IMG/VR virus record: IMGVR_UViG_3300028920_000041
Location: 1-64,000 of that record
DNA length: 64,000 bases
Source of the DNA: a virus
Direction: 5' to 3' (one strand)
Both the position numbers and the translations under genes were made by a program. The notes below the pieces were generated by a model. It saw nothing but the letters and a program-made list of their open reading frames with translations. It did no database searches and had not been told where the DNA came from. The stretch's first letter is position 1, and the number at the start of each line of letters is the position of its first letter. This document shows, in pieces, positions 44,498 to 53,691 of this stretch.

Positions 44498-47400
44498 TGC
44501 CTGACAGAGATAAGTGGATCTATGGTAAGGGCCAGTCAAAGTCCACTGGACTCTATAAAGACGTAACGTATGCCTCAAAAGGCAGTCAACCTCACTCTAC
44601 TACTCCAGATGACTGGCCATGGTCCAAAGAAGCCAAAAAGAAGTATGGTAAGAACATAGCATTCAACAAGCCATTGCCTGAAGTGTCAGACGATGAAGAT
44701 GTTGAAGCATGGTTCAAGCGTGTTGAAAAAGAACGCAAAGAACGAGAGAGACGCTATAAGCGTGAAGTCAAGTTAGGCACAGAATGGAAGACAAGAAACC
44801 TTGACTGGATCGCAGTCCTGCCTGATGCAAGTCACCCGGGCAAGGTCCGTATACAGCGCTATGATGAAGATGGCTTCTCAGGACATACTACGTTTGACAA
44901 TCTACAGAAGCTAGTGGCCTATCTCATTGAATGGGAAACATCACTAAAGAAGGCCAACGGCACTATGGACAAGTTCAGCAAGACAGCCCGATGGAAACGA
45001 GGCATGAAAAGACTAGCAGCGTTTCACACCAAAGAGTCTAGTGTTGAAGATCTTGTTGATAGGATAGACCAGTTACTTGAGAGAGCGGCGCGAATAAAGC
45101 CTATCCTTATGTTCCATGGTACGGCTTCCAAGAATCTTCGTTCAATACTCAAAAAAGGCTTTGTGCCGAATCCTAAAGAAAGGGTTTGGCAAGATGATCC
45201 AAATGCGGCACAGTCCTACCAGACAGTTACTAGAAAGACTGTAGGAGGTACCTATTTCTCTACTAACTTAAACGTAGCTACATCATCAGCATTAACAGCA
45301 GCACAAAAGTCCAAATCAGAGCAGTTGGTTATTGTTGCCAAGATACAGCCGAGAAGTGGTTATGCTGATGAAGACGACATTATTCATGATGCAAAACGCG
45401 GTATGAAGAAAGCCATGTTTCCATCTGGCCACATAGGGCATGAGGAAGCCTGGCCGCGGCGGTGGATAGAATTTGTTACGAGTCCGGGTGAAGCAAAGAA
45501 AGCTATCCAGAAGTTTGCTAAAGAGTTCAAGGTAGGTCTTGAGGCAGATCTACCTCAAGTAAAAAAGATACCCTTAGCTCCAAAAGCAGTAGAAGATATG
45601 TTTTGGGGTCTTTTAGAGCAAGTTGTAGCAAAGTGGTACTCGTATAACAAAAAGATGCCGTATGGTGCAGACTACTACGCAGCTACTAAGAGACTGAATC
45701 TCAGTAGAGAGCAAGAGCACAAGTACTATGCGTTGGTCTTGAAAAGGCTAAAGAGAGTCAGTTTGCAGAAGGCAGAAAAGCGCTACCTTAGTGCTGCAGA
45801 TAAGCTAACCAGACAGTTAAGCAAGTTAGCTATACCGAAGCCAGATGCTTTTAGAACGAATGTGAGGATCACAGACCCTGTCAACTTCAGGGGTAAGAAC
45901 AAGATTATTGCTGTGTTTGAGATGCGTAGTGGTGAGGACTATAAAGAAGATATCAAAGTCCACTATGGTAAGATCCCTTCAGAGGTAAAGAGCGCTCTTA
46001 ACCAGAATCTTGGGGACTGGCGTGAGGTTGATAAGTTTGAAACGTCTAGTTGGTGGACTAAGGCAAATAATGAGTCTGCTATGACTTTTTCAGATCCAAA
46101 GACGACACAAGAAAAGAAAGCTCTGAAGATGAACCGAAAGAAGTCAGAACAACAGCTCATCTCGAAGATTCAGAGCTTCATAGGTGACACTAATGAGGAA
46201 ACTCGACATAATACTAGGGTTCATGTTCGCTATGATAACAGCAGCACTGATCTACATAATCATGTCACTGAACTAGCAATAGGCAAGTTCAACTGGAAGC
46301 CTCTAAGAGATACGCCTATCGGTCCAGTCAAAGGCTATGAAGCAACCGGTTCGCTAAAGGGTAGGGCGAAGATTGAAAAGCGAAAAGTTGGAAGAGCACA
46401 GCGCTGGTTTTTGGTGTTGGATGGTAAGGACTATCCAATGCCTGGCAAGAAAGCGTCACTGGACCATGCCGAAGGGACTATAAAGAAAATGCTAGAATCA
46501 ACAGCCCTAGATCTTATTGAGCAAGTCATTCAAGGCGAAAGTCCATCGGAGTTGATTGAAAAGGTCAGCTACGCTTATGACATTCGACTTGACCAGAACA
46601 TACGAACTGGACCCGTGGTAAAGCTCACTAGCGGTCATTTCGGCGTAGCGAGTGCTCACAACTACGCCACAGAGTATGTGTGCGAAGCTAAGAAGGTCAA
46701 AGCAGTATGGTCGAAAGGTGCTACCAGAGCTTCTATAAGAAAGTGGCCTTTGACTGGCCGTAAAGCAGACCAATACAAAGATGGTACTTGGGCATGGGTA
46801 ACAAAGCTTGTCGATAATTGGAGTTCATCCAGTACGCGAAGACCTAAGCTTGTGATCAATGTTTTGGTATGGGACATGGATGGTAAACCTGTGCATAAAA
46901 AGCTTGGGCAGGAATTCACAGCGAAGGACTTAAAGGCAGCAAAGAGCTATGCAAAGAAGCTTATAGAGGATGGATTGTCTAGAATGACTAGTGTTGAGGG
47001 TAGGGTTATTATGCCTTATGAAGAAGATCAAATTGTTAATTTTGGGACTTTCGAACCTGCTAGGTCGTATGGGGAGGCGTTGAACGAAGTACGTAAGAAG
47101 CGAACACCATTCTATCAGATGGGTAAGGATGCTTTTGAGTCAGGTGTCAAGAGTCCAGCACCTATACTCAATAAGAAGGTGTTTGGTAAGATCTCAAAGA
47201 TAAAGTCAGACAAAGAACGTATGAAAGCAATGAAGGACTATCAAGATGGATGGCAACAAGCCAACCTAGATTCTCCACTTTCAGAGTCTATTGATGAAGC
47301 TAAGGGTAAGAAGCGCAAGGTTGGTGGTAGAATGGAGTATGCTCTAAGAGCTGCAGCAGATCATGGTATTACTGCCGGTGGTTCTTTTGCTTCATTTTCC

Positions 47401-47511
47401 TTGTTTCACAAAATGAGGGAAGCAGAGCTTATACATCCTCCAGGTTCAGGAGCTTGGAAGATCACAGATAAAGGTAAGCAAGCGCTCAAAGATGGGTTCT
47501 ACTACGCTTGA
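44494..47511 (+). CDS. 1005-aa multidomain protein containing an ADP-ribosyltransferase-fold (HGT...YFS) domain
   Basis: LMFHGTASKNLRSILKKGF...GGTYFSTNLNVA...LVIVAKI; internal motif B (DLVDRIDQLLE) and motif A (DLIEQVIQGESPSELIE). Confidence 0.65.
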   Translation: MMPDRDKWIYGKGQSKSTGLYKDVTYASKGSQPHSTTPDDWPWSKEAKKKYGKNIAFNKPLPEVSDDEDVEAWFKRVEKERKERERRYKREVKLGTEWKTRNLDWIAVLPDASHPGKVRIQRYDEDGFSGHTTFDNLQKLVAYLIEWETSLKKANGTMDKFSKTARWKRGMKRLAAFHTKESSVEDLVDRIDQLLERAARIKPILMFHGTASKNLRSILKKGFVPNPKERVWQDDPNAAQSYQTVTRKTVGGTYFSTNLNVATSSALTAAQKSKSEQLVIVAKIQPRSGYADEDDIIHDAKRGMKKAMFPSGHIGHEEAWPRRWIEFVTSPGEAKKAIQKFAKEFKVGLEADLPQVKKIPLAPKAVEDMFWGLLEQVVAKWYSYNKKMPYGADYYAATKRLNLSREQEHKYYALVLKRLKRVSLQKAEKRYLSAADKLTRQLSKLAIPKPDAFRTNVRITDPVNFRGKNKIIAVFEMRSGEDYKEDIKVHYGKIPSEVKSALNQNLGDWREVDKFETSSWWTKANNESAMTFSDPKTTQEKKALKMNRKKSEQQLISKIQSFIGDTNEETRHNTRVHVRYDNSSTDLHNHVTELAIGKFNWKPLRDTPIGPVKGYEATGSLKGRAKIEKRKVGRAQRWFLVLDGKDYPMPGKKASLDHAEGTIKKMLESTALDLIEQVIQGESPSELIEKVSYAYDIRLDQNIRTGPVVKLTSGHFGVASAHNYATEYVCEAKKVKAVWSKGATRASIRKWPLTGRKADQYKDGTWAWVTKLVDNWSSSSTRRPKLVINVLVWDMDGKPVHKKLGQEFTAKDLKAAKSYAKKLIEDGLSRMTSVEGRVIMPYEEDQIVNFGTFEPARSYGEALNEVRKKRTPFYQMGKDAFESGVKSPAPILNKKVFGKISKIKSDKERMKAMKDYQDGWQQANLDSPLSESIDEAKGKKRKVGGRMEYALRAAADHGITAGGSFASFSLFHKMREAELIHPPGSGAWKITDKGKQALKDGFYYA

Positions 47512-47526
47512 TATGGAGTTAGTAAC

Positions 47527-48621
47527 ATGACTCTTGCCAGTGATTTGATTGAAGCTGTCTTGAACGAGATTCCTGCATCTATTGTCTTAGGCTCCATTTG
47601 TGAAGTAGCCCATCAAGATGAGTTTTCCAAGATAGCTTTCAGGTTGGTCAAGTCTAACAAAGGCAACTGGAAGAGTGAAAAGCAAGCTCTGTTCTTGCTC
47701 GACAGTGCCACTGGTTTTAGCAAAAGACTTCTAGCACACGAGTCCGGGCTAGCGAAAGATTGGCTCAAAAAGAAAGGCTACAAAACAGACAATCTAGTAG
47801 CTTTAGCGTGGGCAAAACAGCTCAAAGGCTATGGTACGAGAGATCCAAGCAAGGTCCGTTACTCAGGTACTATTGTGGCCTTTGATGAGGTTGGTGTAGT
47901 ACTGATTGGTACTGTCAAAGTCATTCACCAAAAGCAGGGTGTGAAGCAGCAAAAAGGCTCAAGCCTAGATTTCAGCCGAGTCACTGTCAAGTATGAGAGA
48001 CCCAAGAGCCATAAGCCTACCGTTGTTATCAACTACTACAACAGACCCGTGGACTCAAAGACCATTGAAGTCATCAAGGGCATACCTGGCTATCAGAACC
48101 ACAGAATTCTGGTTAGCTTCCTTGATCAGCTAAACGACCATAAGAAGCTCTCACCAAAGCAGATGGTTGTCTTGAACAAGTTCTTACCGGAGCCGAAAGA
48201 CACCGGCATAGGGACCAAACAAGATCTACAGAAGGAACTAGAGACATTCTTCCAGTTGATACGAACCAAGTGTGTGCCTGTTGTCGTGGAAGGTGCTAAG
48301 GAGTTCGGTTGGAAGATCACAGAGGCTGATATTTCAAAGGACTGGACAAGCTTTGAGAAGGGAGCTAAGTATGATTTTTCTTCATCGGTGAAGCATGTTC
48401 AGACGTTGATTGTTCGTCTCTTTGAGAATGCTAGTGGTAGGCCAAAGAAGCTCTACAGTCAGACTTTCCTTCACGACACGAGAGACAGAGTCAAACGTGC
48501 TATCAAGATGAAGACACCAGGCAAGAGTCACGTTGAAGCCATTGCTGATATGCGATGGCTGAATAAAGCCTTAGAGAGGGTATCTGTGTCTAAGATACGA
48601 ACAGCGATGCAGCTTGATTAA
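47527..48621 (+). CDS. putative virion cargo protein (motif A leader)
   Basis: SDLIEAVLNEIPASIVLGSICE; SFLDQL...KLSPKQ motif. Confidence 0.6.
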   Translation: MTLASDLIEAVLNEIPASIVLGSICEVAHQDEFSKIAFRLVKSNKGNWKSEKQALFLLDSATGFSKRLLAHESGLAKDWLKKKGYKTDNLVALAWAKQLKGYGTRDPSKVRYSGTIVAFDEVGVVLIGTVKVIHQKQGVKQQKGSSLDFSRVTVKYERPKSHKPTVVINYYNRPVDSKTIEVIKGIPGYQNHRILVSFLDQLNDHKKLSPKQMVVLNKFLPEPKDTGIGTKQDLQKELETFFQLIRTKCVPVVVEGAKEFGWKITEADISKDWTSFEKGAKYDFSSSVKHVQTLIVRLFENASGRPKKLYSQTFLHDTRDRVKRAIKMKTPGKSHVEAIADMRWLNKALERVSVSKIRTAMQLD

Positions 48622-48632
48622 CGGAGAGACCT

Positions 48633-48977
48633 ATGGACTTGGTAGATCGCATCCAAGAGTTCTTAGAGGAAGACTTGAGGACTCTTTTCCCAAAAAGACA
48701 GTTCAAAGGATGGAAGTCAAGCAAGAGCAAAAAAGACTTCATTTGGTACACCAAAGGAGATTATGTCTTCAGGCTCGAAGATGATGGTAATGCTGTGTCT
48801 ATCTTTTTGCAGTGGCCTGCATCGTTAGGTGATAGATTCGTTCCATCCGGCCGTAGTTGGATGGCAAGCAAGTCTGGCAACAAGTACTCTTTGTCTACTG
48901 ACTCCGATGAAGAGACTTGGAGTGATGATGTAGCTACCTTGAAAAAGATCATGAAACTGTTTATCTCCAAGGCGTAA
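48633..48977 (+). CDS. small putative cargo protein (motif B leader)
   Basis: MDLVDRIQEFLEE; GGAG RBS. Confidence 0.6.
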   Translation: MDLVDRIQEFLEEDLRTLFPKRQFKGWKSSKSKKDFIWYTKGDYVFRLEDDGNAVSIFLQWPASLGDRFVPSGRSWMASKSGNKYSLSTDSDEETWSDDVATLKKIMKLFISKA

Positions 48978-48983
48978 TCAAAG

Positions 48984-49337
48984 ATGAGAGTATCTGCAAA
49001 ACTGCATCAGTCAATCCAGGCTCTAGGTCTTATGCTAGAGTTGAATCGAGTAGCACAGTCAAGGTCGTTTGATGAAGCGAAGCAGCAATTAGCAGATCTA
49101 AAGAGCAAGGCTAAGCAGAACTTCAAAGAGCTATCGCTAAAGCATCATCCCGATGTTGGTGGTGATGAAGAAACCATGAAGCTACTATCTGCAGCGTATG
49201 ACGAGATCAAGAAAGTTGACATAAAACAAGCACAGCCAAGGCCTGTTGCTCAAGTGGTTCGTGTTTATTGTGGTGGTGTGTACTCAACAACTAGCACTTG
49301 GCCCACAGGCAGCACAACCTCAACAAGCGGTTGGTGA
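48984..49337 (+). CDS. J-domain (DnaJ-like) protein
   Basis: AKQNFKELSLKHHPDVGGDEETMKLLSAAYDEI (HPD motif). Confidence 0.85.
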   Translation: MRVSAKLHQSIQALGLMLELNRVAQSRSFDEAKQQLADLKSKAKQNFKELSLKHHPDVGGDEETMKLLSAAYDEIKKVDIKQAQPRPVAQVVRVYCGGVYSTTSTWPTGSTTSTSGW

Positions 49338-49341
49338 TCTT

Positions 49342-50877
49342 ATGAACACACTAGCACTCATAGAGGACTACATAAACAACAACTCTGTTTCATCTGCTAT
49401 AGACAACGCTCTATGGGAGGCTAGTTTATGTCAAATCAAGAAACAGAAGCCATGGTTCAAGGACTTAATAGACCTACTGAAAAAAGAGAAAGTAGCTAAC
49501 AAGTACATCCCATGGATCGTAGCTGTAATTGATGACAGAGAGAAAAGCACAATAGCTTCAATAAAAAAAGACTATAGTACTAGAGGTACAGCAGCAGGTA
49601 AAGTGTGGAACTCTTTTCTACTGTTTCCAGAGTACAAAATGGCGAAGCGTAGTAAAACGGTAAGTTTAAGATCTATGCCTCATTTGATAGGTGGGCTTGT
49701 TGGGCTCGCACTCCGCTACGAAGAAGCAGACAAAGCCAAACGGTGGGACAAAGCCATCAAGATGGGTCTCTTCCAGAACAGTCGTGTTAAAGACATCATG
49801 TTCTGGTCAAAGAAGAACGTCAAAACACAGTTCAAAAGTGGCGACTCGCTAGATGTCTTGTCTTCAGCACTTGATAGAATCTCAACACTCAAGAGCAGAA
49901 AAGAAATCAAAGTATCCGATGCAGATCTAATCCACAGAGACGATAGGTTTGTTATCTACTCACCACGGACAAAGAGAGCCTCTTGCCAGCTAGGTGCTGG
50001 TACCAAGTGGTGTATTGCTTCACGGCAAGATGACTACTTTGAAGACTACACAGAAAAGGGCGTTGCTTTTGCTTTCATCATGGACTCTGCAGCCGGCAAG
50101 GACATGGAAAAAATTGCAGTGGTCTATGATATAAACACCAGATCTATTGATGAGTACTATGATGTCATAGATGACAGCATCCCGGAGAAAGAAGTTAAGG
50201 ACAGTGTTGGCGACGCTAACTGGAAAAAGCTCAAGCCAAAGATATTGAGCTATATGAAGACCAGAAAGCTCGATATCAAGAGAAAAGAGGGTGACTACTG
50301 GGCTGGAGATCAAGTTGAGTATGATACTCAGATTAACGATAGTCTATGGAACAGGCTCTATGATGAAGTTAAACACTACTGGCTAGATCCTTGGCGATTC
50401 AAGAGCAAGCTACCAAGTACCGATCCTCCAGAATTTCGAGATGACGGGCTAGAAAATGAGGTACACGAAGCTCTTCACGATATCTTTTCCGGTGCATCGG
50501 GAGTAATCATAGCTCCGACTAGAACAAATGTAGACGATACAGAACCTATGGTCGATGTTGAGGGCGAGCTAGATTCAGATGCCAAGGATTGGAAAGAAAT
50601 AGCAGAGGAGTACTTTCCTATTCCAGACAAGCCAAAAGAGCCTGGCCAGAAAGATATATCCCTAGACAAAGGGAAGGGTCTCAGGGACCAGTACTTGATT
50701 GATCTGGAAGCTTATAACGATGCTGTGATGTTAAGGAAGGCTTTTGAAAAGGAAGTTGTAAAACCAATCAAAGCCTTGAGGTATGGTAAGTGGAAGGAAG
50801 AAATACACGTTTTCGACTTGAGCATAACCATGAAGATAGACCCAGCAAAATCTATTGAGAAGTATGGGCCTGTGTGA
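49342..50877 (+). CDS. putative cargo protein with T-x-W-C (possibly PcfJ-related) domain
   Basis: Leader LALIEDYINNNSVSSAIDNALWE; IYSPRTKRASCQLGAGTKWCIA...YFEDY...FAFIM. Confidence 0.55.
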   Translation: MNTLALIEDYINNNSVSSAIDNALWEASLCQIKKQKPWFKDLIDLLKKEKVANKYIPWIVAVIDDREKSTIASIKKDYSTRGTAAGKVWNSFLLFPEYKMAKRSKTVSLRSMPHLIGGLVGLALRYEEADKAKRWDKAIKMGLFQNSRVKDIMFWSKKNVKTQFKSGDSLDVLSSALDRISTLKSRKEIKVSDADLIHRDDRFVIYSPRTKRASCQLGAGTKWCIASRQDDYFEDYTEKGVAFAFIMDSAAGKDMEKIAVVYDINTRSIDEYYDVIDDSIPEKEVKDSVGDANWKKLKPKILSYMKTRKLDIKRKEGDYWAGDQVEYDTQINDSLWNRLYDEVKHYWLDPWRFKSKLPSTDPPEFRDDGLENEVHEALHDIFSGASGVIIAPTRTNVDDTEPMVDVEGELDSDAKDWKEIAEEYFPIPDKPKEPGQKDISLDKGKGLRDQYLIDLEAYNDAVMLRKAFEKEVVKPIKALRYGKWKEEIHVFDLSITMKIDPAKSIEKYGPV

Positions 50878-50975
50878 TTCTGGTAAGCGCTACTCTTGCA
50901 AGTCCTCTTCGTAGAGTAGATCCATGCCCAAGGCTTTAATGGTTTTTTTAATGGTTTTCCTTGTTCCATGAGTCG

Positions 50976-51365
50976 TTACCTCTCAACTCCAGTAACTATG
51001 ACACGTTCAGAATCAAGTATGAACTCAACATTGTCAGGTTTTGAGTAAGCTTTTTGAAACAGAGAGAAATCAATTCGGTTCATGTACTGGTGATCTCTTA
51101 GTGGAACACAGATGTAAACTTTACTATCACGAGATTCTTTCCAACCCTGGAGTAATTGGTATAGCTTTAGCACATTTTCGTTGCTCCAGTTGTCGTCGAT
51201 GTCAATATGTGCTGTCTTCCCGTGGCATTTATAGAGTAGTTTATACCCCTGTATATCAGAGTCCTTCCATGAGACATAGTACATAGTTACTTTGTTGGAA
51301 TCCGGATGGTCCACTGAGACTTCTTCCCAGATCACTACGAAGTTTCTCATGATGTCTTTAGACAT
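50976..51365 (-). CDS. hypothetical protein
   Basis: AGAGGT RBS on the minus strand; 129 aa. Confidence 0.65.
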   Translation of the reverse strand: MSKDIMRNFVVIWEEVSVDHPDSNKVTMYYVSWKDSDIQGYKLLYKCHGKTAHIDIDDNWSNENVLKLYQLLQGWKESRDSKVYICVPLRDHQYMNRIDFSLFQKAYSKPDNVEFILDSERVIVTGVER

Positions 51366-51531
51366 TTACCTCTACCTCTCAATTCGGTTGTCAAAGAACA
51401 GAATATCGGGCAGGGTCTTACCACGAATCATGGCAAGCGTCAACTTGGCAGGAATGGCTTGGATTGACGGAACTAGAGTGTGCTCCTGACACGGAGCCGA
51501 GGAAGGAATGAGTGTGTGTGGTTAGCAGAGT

Positions 51532-52014
51532 CTAGGGCACAGAATCGCCATGCTCCGCTGCAAGCTTTCCAGAGACTAAGTCTTGCCCCCATGAGCACGG
51601 ACAAGGATGGCCTTCCAGATCGTCACCTCGAATCAATCCGGTGTTCTCGCATCGGTGACAATTCGGCCGGGGAACTTGGCCAAGCTTGCTACAGCCGGTG
51701 ATGCGTCCCTTGTCGTCCCTGACAAGTCCTGCAGGGAAAACAAGGTCACGCCTTTCAGGCACGGCATTAGCAACCATCTGTGAAACGATGAGCCAGACTC
51801 CAGGTTGTGGTTCAGGTAGACCGGTCACCCGGCCAGGCCTCTGCAGGACCAGCGGGACAGGAAGCTCAAGGCTTCCCACGACCCTCACAGGCTCTTCGAG
51901 CATGGAGACCCGGGGCAGTGCCCCACAAGGCTCCAGGATGGCTGTGGTGGCGCTGTCAGACGCCACCAGATTGATGGTATGGGGTGTGCAGTTCTTGATT
52001 GTGGTGTGTTCCAT
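51532..52014 (-). CDS. conserved phage hypothetical protein (NxTPH...GLP...VRD...GC family) with C-terminal zinc finger
   Basis: IKNCTPHTINL, VTGLPEPQPGVWLIVS, DLVFPAGLVRDDKGRITGC, then CHRC...CPC. Confidence 0.75.
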   Translation of the reverse strand: MEHTTIKNCTPHTINLVASDSATTAILEPCGALPRVSMLEEPVRVVGSLELPVPLVLQRPGRVTGLPEPQPGVWLIVSQMVANAVPERRDLVFPAGLVRDDKGRITGCSKLGQVPRPNCHRCENTGLIRGDDLEGHPCPCSWGQDLVSGKLAAEHGDSVP

Positions 52015-52098
52015 GCCGACCTAGACGACATGAGACAGGCCAATTTGACAGGTGCCTGAAAAATAATTTCCAAGTAGCTCAGAGAGAGAGAGAGTCCG

Positions 52099-52836
52099 AT
52101 GATTCAAGAGAGCACACTTGACGTATTCAAGAAACTCGTTTTGACAGAGGCTGCTACGAGACTAAAGAAGATGCCTCCTAACACGAAGATCTATGCGGAT
52201 GCTCTTCACTGGTCATCTTGGGATGGCAAGCTGTCAATGGTCCATGGTCCTAGCTACTACAACACACAGAACAGTGCTTCTAAAGAATGGTTTGATCCTG
52301 CTTTGATGGCTAGAAAGTACATCGTACAGTTTGCCGTTGACAGCAATGGTAAGAGGTTGGCCCCACCTTCACAAGCCGTTATTGGTGGCAACATTGTGGT
52401 GAGAGATAGACGGTTACCTTATCACAAAACAACATGGTCCATGGGAACACCAAACTATGGACCAGTTATCACAGGATCGTTTGAGCCTAAACAATATGAG
52501 TACTTAGTGTTGGTAAAGTTGAAAGAGCTTGGTAAAGCTGAAGTAGGTATGGTTACAGATCTATATGACTCCTATGGGTACCTTGATGTTTCCGGGTATC
52601 CAAAGCTAAAGACTAAACAAGCTAACTGGAAAAAGCTTTTCACTAAGCGCAAGTTTGCAGACACTCAAAACCTGGATTCAGACTTAGCTAATGTTGCTGA
52701 TGCACTTATTCACATGAAAAACTCTTTCAGGTACGCAGATGATGAGACGCATGAACAGATCTTATGGGATGCTATCCAGGGTGTTTATAGCACAAACAAA
52801 AAAGGCGATAAGATTTCTTTTATCATAAAGAAGTGA
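52099..52836 (+). CDS. putative cargo protein (motif B-like leader)
   Basis: MIQESTLDVFKKLVLTEA. Confidence 0.6.
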   Translation: MIQESTLDVFKKLVLTEAATRLKKMPPNTKIYADALHWSSWDGKLSMVHGPSYYNTQNSASKEWFDPALMARKYIVQFAVDSNGKRLAPPSQAVIGGNIVVRDRRLPYHKTTWSMGTPNYGPVITGSFEPKQYEYLVLVKLKELGKAEVGMVTDLYDSYGYLDVSGYPKLKTKQANWKKLFTKRKFADTQNLDSDLANVADALIHMKNSFRYADDETHEQILWDAIQGVYSTNKKGDKISFIIKK

Positions 52837-52842
52837 GTAACC

Positions 52843-53169
52843 ATGCCCAAGATAGACAAAAAGAAAGCTAAGAAGGTCTACAACAAGTTGATGATGTCAG
52901 CGGCTTCTCTTAGCCCAGCGATGGTAGATCAAATTAGGCTCTTGTATTCTCTACTGTCCGGCCAAGTCGAAGACACAAGAAAGAGCTATCTTGTGAGGGT
53001 ACTCAGCGGCGAAGAGCCTGCAGACCTAATCAATGAGCTGACTACGTCTGCAAATAGCCTTGCAACCAAGATACCCAAGCCAATGGGTATGATCAAAAAG
53101 ACTCGAAAGAAAGACAAAATCATCAAACCAGCCGAGGCGAAGAAGCTTGGGCTAGACTTGAATGGATAA
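52843..53169 (+). CDS. basic putative head protein (motif A)
   Basis: LVRVLSGEEPADLINE. Confidence 0.6.
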   Translation: MPKIDKKKAKKVYNKLMMSAASLSPAMVDQIRLLYSLLSGQVEDTRKSYLVRVLSGEEPADLINELTTSANSLATKIPKPMGMIKKTRKKDKIIKPAEAKKLGLDLNG

Positions 53170-53172
53170 CAA

Positions 53173-53418
53173 ATGACGCCAGAACAGAGACGAACCGGGA
53201 ACATCGCAGCACTATATGGGTACAAGGTTCATGAAGACACGGTAGCTGCTGAATCATTTTCTCCAGGTGATGGTGCTATCGTTTTGACAGCAAAAGGTGA
53301 GCCTGTGATGTCAGGTACCATAGAAGAGGTCAAACCTGGTAACGATATGATGGCAGCTTCAATCAAGATAGGTGATATGTGGTACTATGAAGGACAATAC
53401 AAATTCAGAGATCTGTAA
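53173..53418 (+). CDS. small SH3-like protein
   Basis: FSPGDGAIV...SGTIEEV...IKIGDMWY. Confidence 0.55.
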   Translation: MTPEQRRTGNIAALYGYKVHEDTVAAESFSPGDGAIVLTAKGEPVMSGTIEEVKPGNDMMAASIKIGDMWYYEGQYKFRDL

Positions 53419-53421
53419 TTC

Positions 53422-53691
53422 ATGACGACAAGTACAAAGCTAATTGATTTACGTGTTTCTGGGACATCTGCTAAGTACTTGGTAGACGCTTTGTTAGAAG
53501 AGCTTCCCCCTCCGGATGTGATCAAAAGAACCATTCTTAGGGACCTTCCAAAGAGCCTGGTTATTGTTAAAGAGGATGTTGTCTACATAGAATGCAGCGA
53601 TCGACAACTGCTAGCCTCAACACTCCCGCTCTTTGAACATATGTATCCTGAACTTGACTTTGTCAACTTAAACAAGACAGACAAAAGATAA
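53422..53691 (+). CDS. small putative head protein (motif A-like)
   Basis: YLVDALLEELPPPDVI. Confidence 0.55.
   Translation: MTTSTKLIDLRVSGTSAKYLVDALLEELPPPDVIKRTILRDLPKSLVIVKEDVVYIECSDRQLLASTLPLFEHMYPELDFVNLNKTDKR

Noticed and set aside
51532-52014. Assignment as a ring nuclease (AcrIII-1/Csx15/Csx16/Csx20)
   Set aside because: Sequence does not match the motifs I recall for those families; left as function unknown.
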